A DNA stretch of 45,792 nt from Bugula neritina (lineage: Eukaryota; Animalia; Bryozoa): NCBI GenBank assembly GCA_964035545.1, contig CAXIUT010000128.1, forward strand, positions 1 to 45,792. Reading direction: 5' to 3'. Positions 13,841 to 26,892 of the stretch are shown one piece after another (position 1 is the first letter of the stretch; each line of letters opens with the position of its first letter). The position numbers were made by a program, and so were the translations under genes. The notes beneath the pieces are model-generated. The model was not told the origin of the DNA. It was given only the letters and a program-made list of their open reading frames with translations, and made no database searches.

Positions 13841-14705
13841 ATGAATCTTATCAACTCGCTCACCCCTCTCACTGTTATCATCTTCTTGCAACTTATCATG
13901 TAAGTACTCACTCAGGAATAACCCAAAATATTCAATCAACTTTTAAATACTTCATCTTCTCAGAACAATGCTATCATACCTTCTTCACTGTCAATGATTT
14001 TACCAATATTCCTTGCCTTAAAATAGTACATTATTCTTTATATTTTAGACTATATCAAAAATACTAGGATATGGCATAGTAGTAGGAGCAGCAATCGTCA
14101 AATTACCTCAAATAATAAAAATAGTCAAAAACAAATCAACTTTCGGAGTTTCTTTTTAAAGTATCATCCTCGAATAAGTTACCCAAATATCAGCAGTTGC
14201 CTACAACATCTTCAGAATAATCCTTTCAATATCTATGGATAAACCCTCCTTATCACTTTCCAAATGATAGTCATACACTTCCTGTTTATCTGGTTCGATA
14301 AAAACAACAGAAACAAAGCATTAATACTCCTTCCCCCTATTTTGCTATTCTTTGCAGCAGGATATTTCCCTCAACTGGGTTTCTTTCCCAGCTATCTCTT
14401 CGATCATATGATCACCTTCCAAATGGTAGTATGTAGTCATTGTATTATCTAGTTTCTGCAGCAAGATTGGCTCAAATTTTTTAGATCCATAAAATCAAAT
14501 CAACTGGAAGTGTATCTTTGATTACCTATGGATTGGCTGTTTTGGGTAATATAGCCAGAACGATCACTGGTTTGATAGAAGTAAGAGATGATATCAAATT
14601 GATTCTATCGTTTGTTTTGGCTTTAGTCATGAATTCTTACATCGTTTGCTGTTTCTTTATTTCAGATAAAAAAAATAAAAATCTAGGAAAAATAAAATTG
14701 ATTGA
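13841..14705 (+). CDS. MPDU1: Mannose-P-dolichol utilization defect 1 (PQ-loop) protein
   Basis: CLKI/TISKILGYGIVVGAAIVKLPQIIKIVKNKST; second repeat ARLAQIF...KSTGSVS...GNIAR; introns 14026-14048 and 14433-14452; ends KNKID-TGA (KxKxx) if one A is restored. Confidence 0.88.
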
Positions 14706-14790
14706 TACTCGTCATCTTTTGAAATCTTATCATTTTTAATACAAAATAAGATATTACATAAGTAGATTGAAATAGAACAAGTTAAAGATA

Positions 14791-15715
14791 TCATTTCCAT
14801 TGCATAACTCTCATCACATACTCGAAAGATAAGAACGCCACTCCATTGACAGGGAAAGATCTCAACATTGTTATTCCTAATCCTTTGAAAAATGCTTTAT
14901 ACCCCTACTTCCGATATTGATCTCTAGCGCATTCCAAAGAACTTCTATACCCCACCTTTGATAAATCTTGAGATTGCATAACTGTCTTTATATAATCTAT
15001 AGGATAGGTAAAAAGCCAAGAATTAGATCCTGCTATTCCTCCAGCTAAAAACGCTGCTGTTATTGGTGCCTGGGCCGAAGTCTATCCTTTTGAGAATAAT
15101 CTCATAGTATATTAGTAAGAATAAAAGTAAATGGCGTTAGCTAAAACTTCTCTTAGGAAAGTTGAATTAAATCCAAGGTAGAGTCCTTTCATTCCGTATC
15201 TTCTTTGGATATCTTTTCCTGCATCAATTGATCCTGCATATTTACTTTTTCCTACTTCTTTTTGAAGTAAAATACGAATGTGGTCAGCAGGAGTCTTAAT
15301 TAAATTAGAAAGTACCAGAACGAGAGAACTAACCATACCAGTCATTATTCCACTGAGGAGAACATGTTTCATAGGCATGACTCCATTATTTTTGTTTTGG
15401 CCTTTGTCAATGTAGGTGATCAAATCTTTGAAAAGTTAATTTGTTCCAAAAGCAAGAGATCCTTGCAATCCATAGCCAATTAAAGGGTAGACAGTTCCTG
15501 AGTGTATGAATGAGTACCTTTGTAGAAGGCTAGAGGTCCTTCTTCCCTAAGAATTCTGGAGAAACAATCTCTAATCCCAAATATTAAGGATTAAAGAGAG
15601 GTTGGTTGACAAGTCTGACTTTGATGATCTAGAAAGGTTGCATGACAAAGACCTGAGTCCATCCAGCAACAGCTCCACAAACAAATCCTCTAAACAGATC
15701 AATAGCATCAGTCAT
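14791..15715 (-). CDS. Mitochondrial carrier (SLC25, carnitine/ornithine-carrier-like)
   Basis: Three Px[DE]xx[KR] repeats: QPF(TAG)IIKVRL, TPADHIRILLQ, YPIDYIKTVMQ; GLYLGFNSTFLRE; RSFPVNG; introns 15498-15517 and 15295-15315. Confidence 0.93.
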
Positions 15716-16001
15716 GACAAAATAATATAAGTACAACAATCAACCTAAATAAATACTCTTACAATTTTGTACAAATCATCTTCAATTAACAACTCATAAC
15801 TTCATAAATTGTTTTTCAAAGTATTTGGGCTGTAAACTATTATCTTTTCAGTTTTGTCAAAAATCCATTATATTCTTCTTTATACTTATTTGGCATAATT
15901 AACAAAATAATAAGCTATAGCCGAATAAACTTAGTATGGTATGATTTTAAGATGATAGTGGTAATAGATGTCAATATTAGTTATAATCGATATCAACAAC
16001 A

Positions 16002-16986
<985 letters not shown>

Positions 16987-17071
16987 TCTATCCCGTCCTA
17001 TTATCTATCATTTATCAATATCTATTTGAACTAATCATAATATCATCTAAAATATATTCAAAATGTAGAAA

Positions 17072-17740
17072 TCAAAGAGAACTGACATAGTTGTAATCCA
17101 GACATATCTGATGAGTAGTTTTTTTGCGCATTCTTCTTAAAATCCGATGGCAACTGTTGATTTTTCTAACTACCTAACTCCCTATCTTTCCAATTAGACT
17201 TCATCAATTTAACTGGCCGATTGCCCACATACTTACCATTCAACTCCTTAAGCGCCTTCAAAAAATCCTGAGCACCCCCCAAAGAAACAAACCCATACCC
17301 CTTAGTCTTCCAGTTCTTCTATCTCGAATAACCCGACCCATCTGAAACGAAGAATACCTTCTAAAAACATTAGATAAAATCTAATCATTTACCTAATTCC
17401 CCAAATTCCCACAAAAGATTCTATACCCATTCTAAGGCCAATCTTCCATAGTTTTGTCTTCCCACACCTCACCCGCAGCCTTTCTCATCCCTCTATGTTC
17501 TTTCACCTCCTCTTTCTTTATCTTCTTATTCTTCTTGATCTTCTACTCCTGCTATTCTTATTCTTACTATATCTTTGATTATGGTTTCGGTTATGATACT
17601 TTCTTTGGTTATTTTTTGTTGATTATGAAGGTATTAGGCTTGATGTTTTTGTTGAGAAGCATGTTATCTAATTTTTGGTTAAGCTGCTTTATTTTTTATT
17701 ATTTAGTCAACTCGACGACCTGTTCTATTGGATGATCCAT
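17072..17740 (-). CDS. RBM42: RBM42-like RRM protein
   Basis: RKAAGEVWEDKTMEDWP(E)NGYRIFCGNLGN(E)VND..., KTKGYGFVS, ELNGKYVGNRPVKLMKSNWKDR; 3' end approximate. Confidence 0.9.
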
Positions 17741-17947
17741 CTCTATAAACTAATATTATTAATAAACTATATTTTTATAAATATATATAAAACTAAACTA
17801 CATAACTACTTCCACTTAATCTTACCCTCATTCGAACAAATAAAGACCATAAATACTTATTTTAATCATTACTCATAGGTAGTTATCAAATATATGCTAT
17901 AAAATAATTAAGATAATAATTTATTAACTATAATTATAAATATACTA

Positions 17948-18796
17948 ATGACCACATCCCGTTCTTCCACTCCCAGTCATCTCCCTCTAAAATACACCTA
18001 CAAAACAGCCGACACCCCCTCCAAATCATATCACAACCTCTCAACAAGAAAAGAACAACCTTTAGTAAAAAAATAATCAAGAATAAAAAAAAGAGAACCC
18101 AAACAATACCCCACCCATCTAACCAAAACAAACAAAAATCCACTAACCTAATACACCAATTAAAACATCGATAAATGTCTAGATTTAGCATAATATCATA
18201 AGAAAGAATCCCTGGCTCTGAAAAAAGAAATTAAGGGTTAGAAAAGGTAGTTAAAGAACAAAGATGCTAGCTAGATCTGTTGAAAATGGAAATCTAGGAA
18301 TTGAGAGCTAATATACAAATGAATATGATTCAAAATAATAATAATAGATAGCAAGAATATCTTAGGAAGTAGTATGAGGATGATAACTGCCAAATATCAA
18401 GAAGAAAATAATATCTAAAACTATACTAATTCTATAAACACAGATGATATAGATATAAATAGTCAACCGCTATGGTGCCAAAAATGCAAAGACAAAGATA
18501 CATACTAAGAGCAAATAAGAAACAAATACAATAGTGAACTCAGACATCTTGAATAAGAAATAAAAATACTAAAAGATAAAGAATTAATGGTTGACGTCTT
18601 AAACCAACAAGTCCAAAATAAAAATTAATGTATCGATTATCTAAGAAGTTAACTTTAGACTGTCTAGAGCAATTCTTCAAGATTGTTGGATGTTATACAA
18701 ACGCTTGAAGGGAGAATGCAGGAATTGGAAACTAGTAGTTCGATTGGGAAATACAGAAAGTCGGCTTTTCATAGTTTCAGTGGATCTAAATACTGA
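17948..18796 (+). CDS. Coiled-coil hypothetical protein
   Basis: ATG-to-TGA region with a Ser/Thr/Pro-rich N-terminus and E/K/Q heptad-rich body under TAR=Glu. Confidence 0.7.
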
Positions 18797-18866
18797 TCAA
18801 ATCATAATAATAACATTTTAAATATCTATGTTAATAATAATAATAAATTATATTTTGTTTTAGAAA

Positions 18867-20802
18867 TCACAGATACTTGCTAAAAGTTTTACTTCTCAAA
18901 AACACATTCAAATGTGCCTTATCATTCTTAGACATATTATCTTTCTTTTTGATATTTTACAAATCCACCTTCAGAGGAATCTTTACCACCTGCTCATTAA
19001 ACTATCGATTTTTGTATTACTGATGAGCTTTAAAGACCATTTTATCTCGAATTTTCATCATCATCTAAAAATGTTCATCAGATTAACTATGATCCAAAAC
19101 GTAATCTACCAACAATAACACCCCATCATATCTCTTCAAATTCTACAAAACAGGGATCAATTTAGCAGCATATCCAACCGATATCGTCTCACTAGATATA
19201 TATCTTCTAACCAATCGCTAAAACTAGTAATAACTATCATTATACAAATACAATTCCAGCAACTACTCAACCAATATATCCTCATCATCGAATTACTTCA
19301 ACAAATCGCGAACCATTTTCAAATAATATATAATTTCACTCCACTCATAACCCTCACTACTCTATCTCTATTTGATATAATTCAAACACACCTAGAGCAC
19401 CTGCTAATTCGTATCCAAGTGTTCAATTGAGGCCTTGAATTGAGAATACGGGGAGGGTTTCTTTAGGCCAGGTCGAATTGCACTTTGCGGTTTGAACTTA
19501 TCTACCCAGATTACTACTTTTGGATAGATGTTATCAGCTTTAGGCATTTGTCTGTCTATTCATCGATTTTTAGTGAAAATTGTTCAAAAAAGGAAGGGTT
19601 GATAGCAATAACAAAACCATAAATAAATTATATTAATCCTTTTAACTAAAGATAACCATTTTTAGATGGCGCTGTCTAAATAAGTGAATCCAAAATAGTT
19701 TACATCCCTTTGATTGTAGTCTAGATACAAGTCTTTTTATTATTTCTGTTATTAATGATAGCTCTGAAACTATTTTTGTCCAATAAACCACGTCCTCGCC
19801 ACCCATTGTTCTCCATCTTTTTGATATCATAGAAATTCATGTCATTTTTTTGACCATATAATTTTTAAAGAGATTTCTCATAACTTTTGTCATTGCTATT
19901 GCCTATTATCATCTATAATAAATTAGCAACTATGTTGATAGTTTTAGTAGTTATTTATAGTAGCTGCATTTGCTATTATTAATTAAATATTTATTTTCTT
20001 GGTAGAGGTAAAGACCAAAATTATCCTATTTATTTTTATGATTTTAGAGGGGTAAATAATGTTCTTAGATTTAATGCTAAATTTTATTGCGGTTCTGCGT
20101 TGGCAAATTACGCCACTTTCTTAGATAACTTCCATGATGATAATATCTATTAACTCCCTAGTGATTCGTATCTTTTATGAGGTCATCAATAACTTCAATA
20201 AATTTTTAAACTGAATTTTACCCCTCTTCTGTTTTAGTCAACAACAAACCCATATGTTTTGACAACTTCTTAATCATTTCTAATGATTTACTAGTGCTAT
20301 CTAGTTATAGACATTTTAGTGTATGCTAGATAAGAGCTGGAATACTCTATAACTATCTCTCATCAACAAGAACAATAATAAAATATCTACTGACTGATTT
20401 CAAAATCTATCTCGTAAATATCCATTTCAAACAATTCGCTGATGACTATTTCATCTAAGAATCCAAAGTAAATGATTCCAAAAGCAACAAATTTTGCTAT
20501 TACTGCTTACTAGATTAAACTACAACATTTTTACCAGACCCATCAATAGCAGTCTTGCATCTCTGAATATAAATATCTTAATATTCTCTTAAAAAATTTT
20601 AATCCTAGGCTAGTGTAGTCTAGTTAGTCCCATCGATTTACACCAGATTGATAGTTTTACCTGCCAAAAGATCAATAGCTATAGATTTACCTGCTTTATG
20701 AGGACCAACTGCAATGATAGCCGATTCCACTTGATGACACTGCAAATAAAATTTGGTAAATTTGGTCAAAGAAGCTATCATATTGCCACTATCTTCTTTC
20801 AT
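18867..20802 (-). CDS. Putative P-loop NTPase/GTPase-like protein
   Basis: AIIAVGPHKAGKSIAIDLLAG Walker A (GxxxxGKS) about 30 aa from the start; C-terminal part open to SKYL-TGA; internal structure unresolved and could be two genes. Confidence 0.55.
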
Positions 20803-20937
20803 TATTTTGTGAATATTATTATTATACTTAAAACACCAATTATTTTTAGAAATAACTAAAATAACCAATAAAATCATCAATTGTATGAACTATCACTTGA
20901 TATCTTAATAAGCAATAATTAATAATATAATTAGAAC

Positions 20938-23434
20938 ATGTCTAAAAAAGAATTCAATAAATTTCCAAATAGAATAGCATCTCTTAGTACAACTAATACC
21001 ATCTTAGACTATTAATTCGGAAGAAGACTAACCGAAGTATAACCACTCTTATCAAAACTAGCCTAAGATCTAATCACAAGATACTCCCCCAAATAACAAC
21101 CCCATCCTCAATTCTTCAAATAGGATGCACATCTCGCCCTCAACCAACTAACCCTCTACTCCGACTGTACCACTGTCGATAGTTCTAGAATGCGTGCAAT
21201 TGATCAGAAAGTTTTAGTTTGTCGACAACGCAGCTATGTTTATATCATCACTATCATCAGCATCTTTGAAAATTAATTAGTTTTTGGCGAAACAGCTATT
21301 TCTACTGATGAAAACTAATAAAAATTAGAATAGGAATACTAAGATAGGGAATGATCTGTGTTCTGGGTGTTTGAAATTGAGATAAAACTAGAAAATAAGA
21401 ACATTGAGAGAATAATTGTAAGGTACTGGTATTAATTTGAGTTCTAAAAAATAATTAGAGAAATGGTTGCTAGAAATGGATAGAAATATGATGTTGAAGA
21501 ACTTATTTAGTATTAACTAGATAATATGGACACCTTAAATTAATAATAAATAAGAAAAAAAATAGGACTACTAGAATTAGATCACGACAAACGCAAACAG
21601 TAGATGATGGTTTGTCTATAAGAACTACAAAGAGCTAATGAACGAGTAATCAGTTATGGCAAAACAAAAGGTGCAGCAAAAGATAAAGAAGGAGATAAAT
21701 TTAATGTAAAAGATTATGTATTTCAATTGAGTCGTCATTTCTATCACAACATGTCAAATCTCGACCAGAAAATAAAACAACTCAGACAAAATCTCAGTCC
21801 AATCGACAACACATAAGTCCAAACCGAATAATCAGTTATATCTACTCTACAACACTAAGAATAAATGCAGGTATTGTAGCTATAGTTGAAAGCTAGTCAG
21901 AAAAATGTCAATGATCAGAAATTGCTATTAGCTCTTTAAAGAAAGAATACAAAAGAATGTTAGGAGATAAAGATATTTTTATAAGAGAAATTGAAGAAAG
22001 ATCAGCATATTTTATAATAGGAAATCATGGTAAAAAATATAAATTAGAAATAATTGAAAAATACAGTAAATTAACAAAAAAGTCGCATAAAATAATTATA
22101 ATAAATAGTAATGAAATTAAAATTAATAGCAAAAAATAAAATTTAGGTCTAAAAGATGATATGTTAGGCATCTTTGTCAAATTATAAAACAAATCCATGC
22201 AATGCTAAACATAGCAATCATAGTAATAATAATAAAATGACTATGTTGATAATTTGATAAATAAATAAAACAAAGATGATCGATAGAAATATTATAAAGC
22301 TAAAATAGAACATAGAAAAGCTTGGAGAGAATCAGGGTTGTTACATCCCAAAGCTGTCAACTAAAGAATAGATTTCTTTATGAAAAAATAAGATAAAAAT
22401 AATAACAACAATCAATCTCAAAACATAAAAAATCTTATAGATGATATTTATCTATAAAAAAAGTAGAAATTAACTATCAATCCAGTGATCTAATAAACCA
22501 TCAACAACTAGTAACAAACAACAATATCCAAATAGTAAATAACAATCTCAAAACAATAAAACATAAAATAATAAAAAAAATAAAGAATAAACAAACTAAA
22601 AACAAAACAGATATTTCCTGACTAGATAAAAAGCAAAAAAGTAAAAAAATAAATCTAAAATCAATCAAAAAAGAAAATAATACGATCGATTAGGTACATT
22701 AAGAACTACTTTCAATCAATAAAAATACAACAGTATAGATAAAAATATATAATATAGATAATAATCATCTATCAATAAATTTAATAAAGAAAATAATATT
22801 AGATAAAAATAAAGTAATACCTTTCATTAGTATAAACATCTATTCAGTCATAAATAGACTAATAGAATATCAATGGATTAGTTGAAATGTTTCAAAGAAA
22901 ATAATTTATTGTAACCTAAAAAAAAGAAAAAAAAAGAAATTTTAGTCAATAACACACACCAGAATGCTAATACGTCATTCAAGATCCGATAAAATAAAAA
23001 TATATATTCAAATAACTCAACTCAGTCATGCAAGATCTCAATAAAAATAAAGATCTAAATATCACAAAAGATTTCAACATAACAAAAGACTTCAATCCCA
23101 CTAAAGATGTAAATAAAGCAAAAGAATACTAGAGAGGTCCTCACACTGACAAGAAATGGTCAAAGAATACCATAAAGTAGCCCTCAGTCTATAATAAATA
23201 AACTATTCCACATATTTCTATTCACTTATCGCCCAACTACACGCTAGAAACGTCATCGGATACAATGTACTCAAGAAGTATCTGGAATTGATATCTGGAT
23301 ATAATGGATAATAATAAAATATGATAAAAAGCAGTCTTAAAATGATATTATTGGGCCACAGAAAATGTACATAAAAAAAAGGTATTATCTGCAATCATCT
23401 GGAAAAGCTGCTGGCTAAAGTTAGCACTCTGTGA
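20938..23434 (+). CDS. Large coiled-coil/low-complexity hypothetical protein with an internal in-frame TGA
   Basis: One frame from 20938 to ~22250, interrupted only by TGA at 21352-21354; later frame changes in A-runs; ends KVSTL-TGA. Confidence 0.6.
23049..23130 (+). repeat. Coding 18-nt imperfect tandem repeat (KDLNIT/KDFNIT/KDFNPT/KDVNKA)
   Basis: aaagatctaaatatcaca / aaagatttcaacataaca / aaagacttcaatcccact / aaagatgtaaataaagca. Confidence 0.7.
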
Positions 23435-23459
23435 TTATATTTTTTACTTCTTTTTATAG

Positions 23460-24385
23460 TCAAAATAAATGTTATTTACTCAGTAGTTAAATAATTAGAC
23501 AATATTAATAATATAAAATATCAATATGCTCTTATTATTTATAATATTCATTTCCAAATAACGCCATAACGATATTTTGTCGACACTTCTAATAACTTTC
23601 TTAACTCCCATCTTAAATAACATTATAAACTCTTTCCAAAACATTCTCCAATCCCTATATAGATTCCTCTAAAGCCCGTTAATACATCATATTTTTAATA
23701 CAATCTTAATAATCTTATTTCAAATCCTATTTCTTCTCCTAATCTTTTTTATTTTATAACTTAACAATTGCTCTGTCTTGAATAACTTATCATTGATTTT
23801 ATTTTTAGGAATTTTAGGTATATTCAACATCGGTGGTTTTTATTTGAAAAAATGTTGCTCGCTTTTTGCATTTGATAGTCTCTTCAAATTAGAAAACGAA
23901 TGTTTGTTGCCTTATTTCTATGCTGATTATAGCTGCTTTCGATAAGAACTAGATAACTATGTACCTCTATTTCTCGGTGTCTGCGAAAACAACTTAGATT
24001 TATCCATTTTATCCATAGAACTCTTATTAAACCAACTTTTCTCCTGAGATGAGCTCATTGCCTTCGACCGCTTGTCTTCTTAAACATTTTAAACCAAACA
24101 TTTAAACCATTTAGCCAATTAAAAATTATTTTTTGATGATAAAATAGTAAAAATATTAAGATTCAACTGATATCCATATCTATTAAGTACCTTCTTCATC
24201 AGATTCAAATTATTAGTGCAATCATACTATGATATAGGTGATGGATTGTATTTTAGTTTAGAATGCTATTGGGGATATTTAGTCATAAGTATTTTACAAA
24301 AGAATACTCCGTTTTTTAGTTATTAGAATTTGTATTTTGTATGGGATTAGACCCATGTTACGATCTACTTGCGAGTATAACTCAT
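23460..24385 (-). CDS. EB1/MAPRE-like calponin-homology protein (divergent)
   Basis: MSYTRK(E)IVTWV...F(EE)LKNGVFFCKIL...S(E)YDCTNNLNLMKK...KNNF(E)LAKWFK resembles the EB1 CH domain; 3' end approximate. Confidence 0.7.
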
Positions 24386-24561
24386 TCTTATATTAACTTA
24401 TATTTAAATTATTTTAATAATAATCAATAACCAAGTCAAATCATGTCATTTATTGTTTAAGAATATATTTAAGGAATTATCATAGTTTATCATTGAATAT
24501 GAATTGATTTCAAATGATAATAAATACTCATAATAATTACTATATCAAGTTGATAAACTAC

Positions 24562-25998
24562 ATGAAACAACTACTACTAATACCAATCTTGATAATCTCA
24601 ATCAAAACAACAGCTATCAACCTGATCAGCCCTCCAGAACTTCTCGATCTCTTCAAATAACCAATCACAGCCCATATCTCGCCCATCGGATTCAGACCTC
24701 TAACCGGACATCTCGAAGGCTCACTGGTTCTATCCGACCCAATCGGAGCCTGCTAAATGATCAACTCCACCCAAACAGACAAATAAGATTTTTTTATACT
24801 AGCAGATGATAGCAAATGTCTATAATCCGTAAAAGCTAAAAATATAGCATCATCCGGAGGATACACAGGCATAATAAAACAAAATATCAACAATACACTC
24901 TACGATAAATAAGTAAATCTAGTCCACATTCCTATTCTAGAAATACCAGGACCATAATACGACATACTAGAAGAATTCATAAAAAAAAATCCATAAAAAA
25001 AAATAATACTCAACCTTGATTTCAAAGATCACAGCCAAAAACATAAAATCAATGTCTAATTATGGTTTTCACCTACCTAGCTAACTAGCTATGAATTTCT
25101 CTTCTAGAATAAAGATTTTCTAATGGAACAAAACTAACAACTAGGATTTACTCCACACTACGCCCTACAATCTCAAAGATAAACAAAAAATTATATAGGA
25201 TGCATATCTAGCGGAAGATACTGCCCAAGCTAAATTGAATACTAAGGCAAATATTAAGGTAAAAACATCGTTTAGTAAAGTTTAAGACAAATCATCATCT
25301 GGTAAACTCATCCTTAAGCATGGTGGAAATATATTTACCAATTTTACAATAACTGCCTAAAGAAATACTAAGACGTATTCCTCAATGCCACCAAATTACA
25401 ATATTGTGTATAAAATTCTATCATTATGTCAGGATTGAATAAAAATTAAATTTAAAAAGAATATAATCGGTCATTTCTAGGATCAAGAAAATAAGTTGAT
25501 GATAATACCTTTTTACTACAAGAAAGACAACACTATATACGGGAACAAATCAGTAGCCATCCTGTTATTTTGATCAATAAAAAACCTCTTAAAAAATTTG
25601 ATACACTTACTTTTACCAAAAAAGTCTGTAAAATGGAATAAACTGATCCCAGTTGGTTTTGCCAACCTCCAAAACAACAACTTACCACCACTCATATCAT
25701 TGTCGTCTTGACAGTAGTGCTAGCTTTGTTTATCTTGATTGCTCTAGCGTATAGATTGTACATGCATTTCAGAATGAAAAAGGAAATCCAGACAGAAGTT
25801 AGCAAAACTCTTTAGCAGTACTATCGGTATATTGAAACATTCCAGGAAGATAAGGATGTACCTTCAAAAAAAGGCAAAAAATCTTCAAAAAAATCACGTC
25901 AACTAACAGAATAGTTATAGTAGGTTCCATAACTATAAAACAATCGTGAATTGATGCCCAAATAAGAAGAAATTTAAATGAAAAACATCTAGAAATGA
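24562..25998 (+). CDS. Vacuolar sorting receptor (BP-80/VSR)-like type I membrane protein
   Basis: Signal peptide; PA-like region (DPIGAC); FTPHYAL, CISSGRYCP, (EE)SLRQ; one TM helix IIVVLTVVLALFILIALAY followed by FRMKKEIQTEVSKTL(E)QYY; 479 codons. Confidence 0.8.
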
Positions 25999-26118
25999 TC
26001 TCAAAACACTCAAAATATTATATTATAACTTTTTTTATGATAATTTTATTTTAAGTTTCATTTGGTCATCTTAAATACATTTCCAAAAGAGTTTAATTTA
26101 TCATTAAAAAGTTCAAAT

Positions 26119-26760
26119 ATGATGAAATAGAGTTCAATCAAATAGAGAATTGAAGAAGAAGATATTTGTTCCATCTGTTTAGATGTTTTCTACAAACCTG
26201 TACAGCTACAACTGTGCTTCCATTGCTTCTGCGATACCTGTCTCAATGAAGGAGCCGTCATGGTCCATCATCTCAAATGTCCTCTCTGTAGAAGTGACTT
26301 TACCATGCCGAATATCAAACCTCTTCCCGACAGATGGGATCACCTTCAGGCCAAGTACCCCCTTGCAGTCTAGGCCAGAAAAAAAACAATCAGAGAAAGA
26401 GTCATAGTTAGATTTATGCTTGGAAACACCACTGAAGTTTTGCACGACGCCACAGATGGCAACAAATATAACTGGTAACTCTTTGTGAAGAATATAGAAG
26501 GAGAGAGACCATTGAGTGATTTTGCTTTGAGGGTGGTGATATAATTGCATCCAACCTTCCAGCCTAGAATTCTGAAATACACTCCAAAACCGAACCAGAT
26601 GATCAGATTGGGAAGGCTAGGATGGGGGACATTCAGGATAGGTGTGAAGGTGTTATGGAAGGATCTATTTTAAGAGAAATAGTCCTCGTTCTATCATGAT
26701 TTAGAGTTCATTCCTACACATTAGAGGATGATTTCATGCTATCTATAGCCAAAAAAATGA
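26119..26760 (+). CDS. C3HC4 RING finger plus YEATS domain protein
   Basis: Single 214-codon frame: CSICLDVFYKPVQLQLCFHCFCDTC...CPLCR, then GN...YNW(E)LFV...(E)LHPTFQP...GWGTFRIGVKVLW...HDL. Confidence 0.9.
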
Positions 26761-26892
26761 TTATCTCGCATAATATTGTCCATTCTTTTTTATTTTTTTG
26801 AACAAATGATATTATTAGGTTTTCCCTCTTTAATTATATTGGTTTTTAAAACATTAGATAGCTTTTTAATAAAATAACAGGATCATATCATA

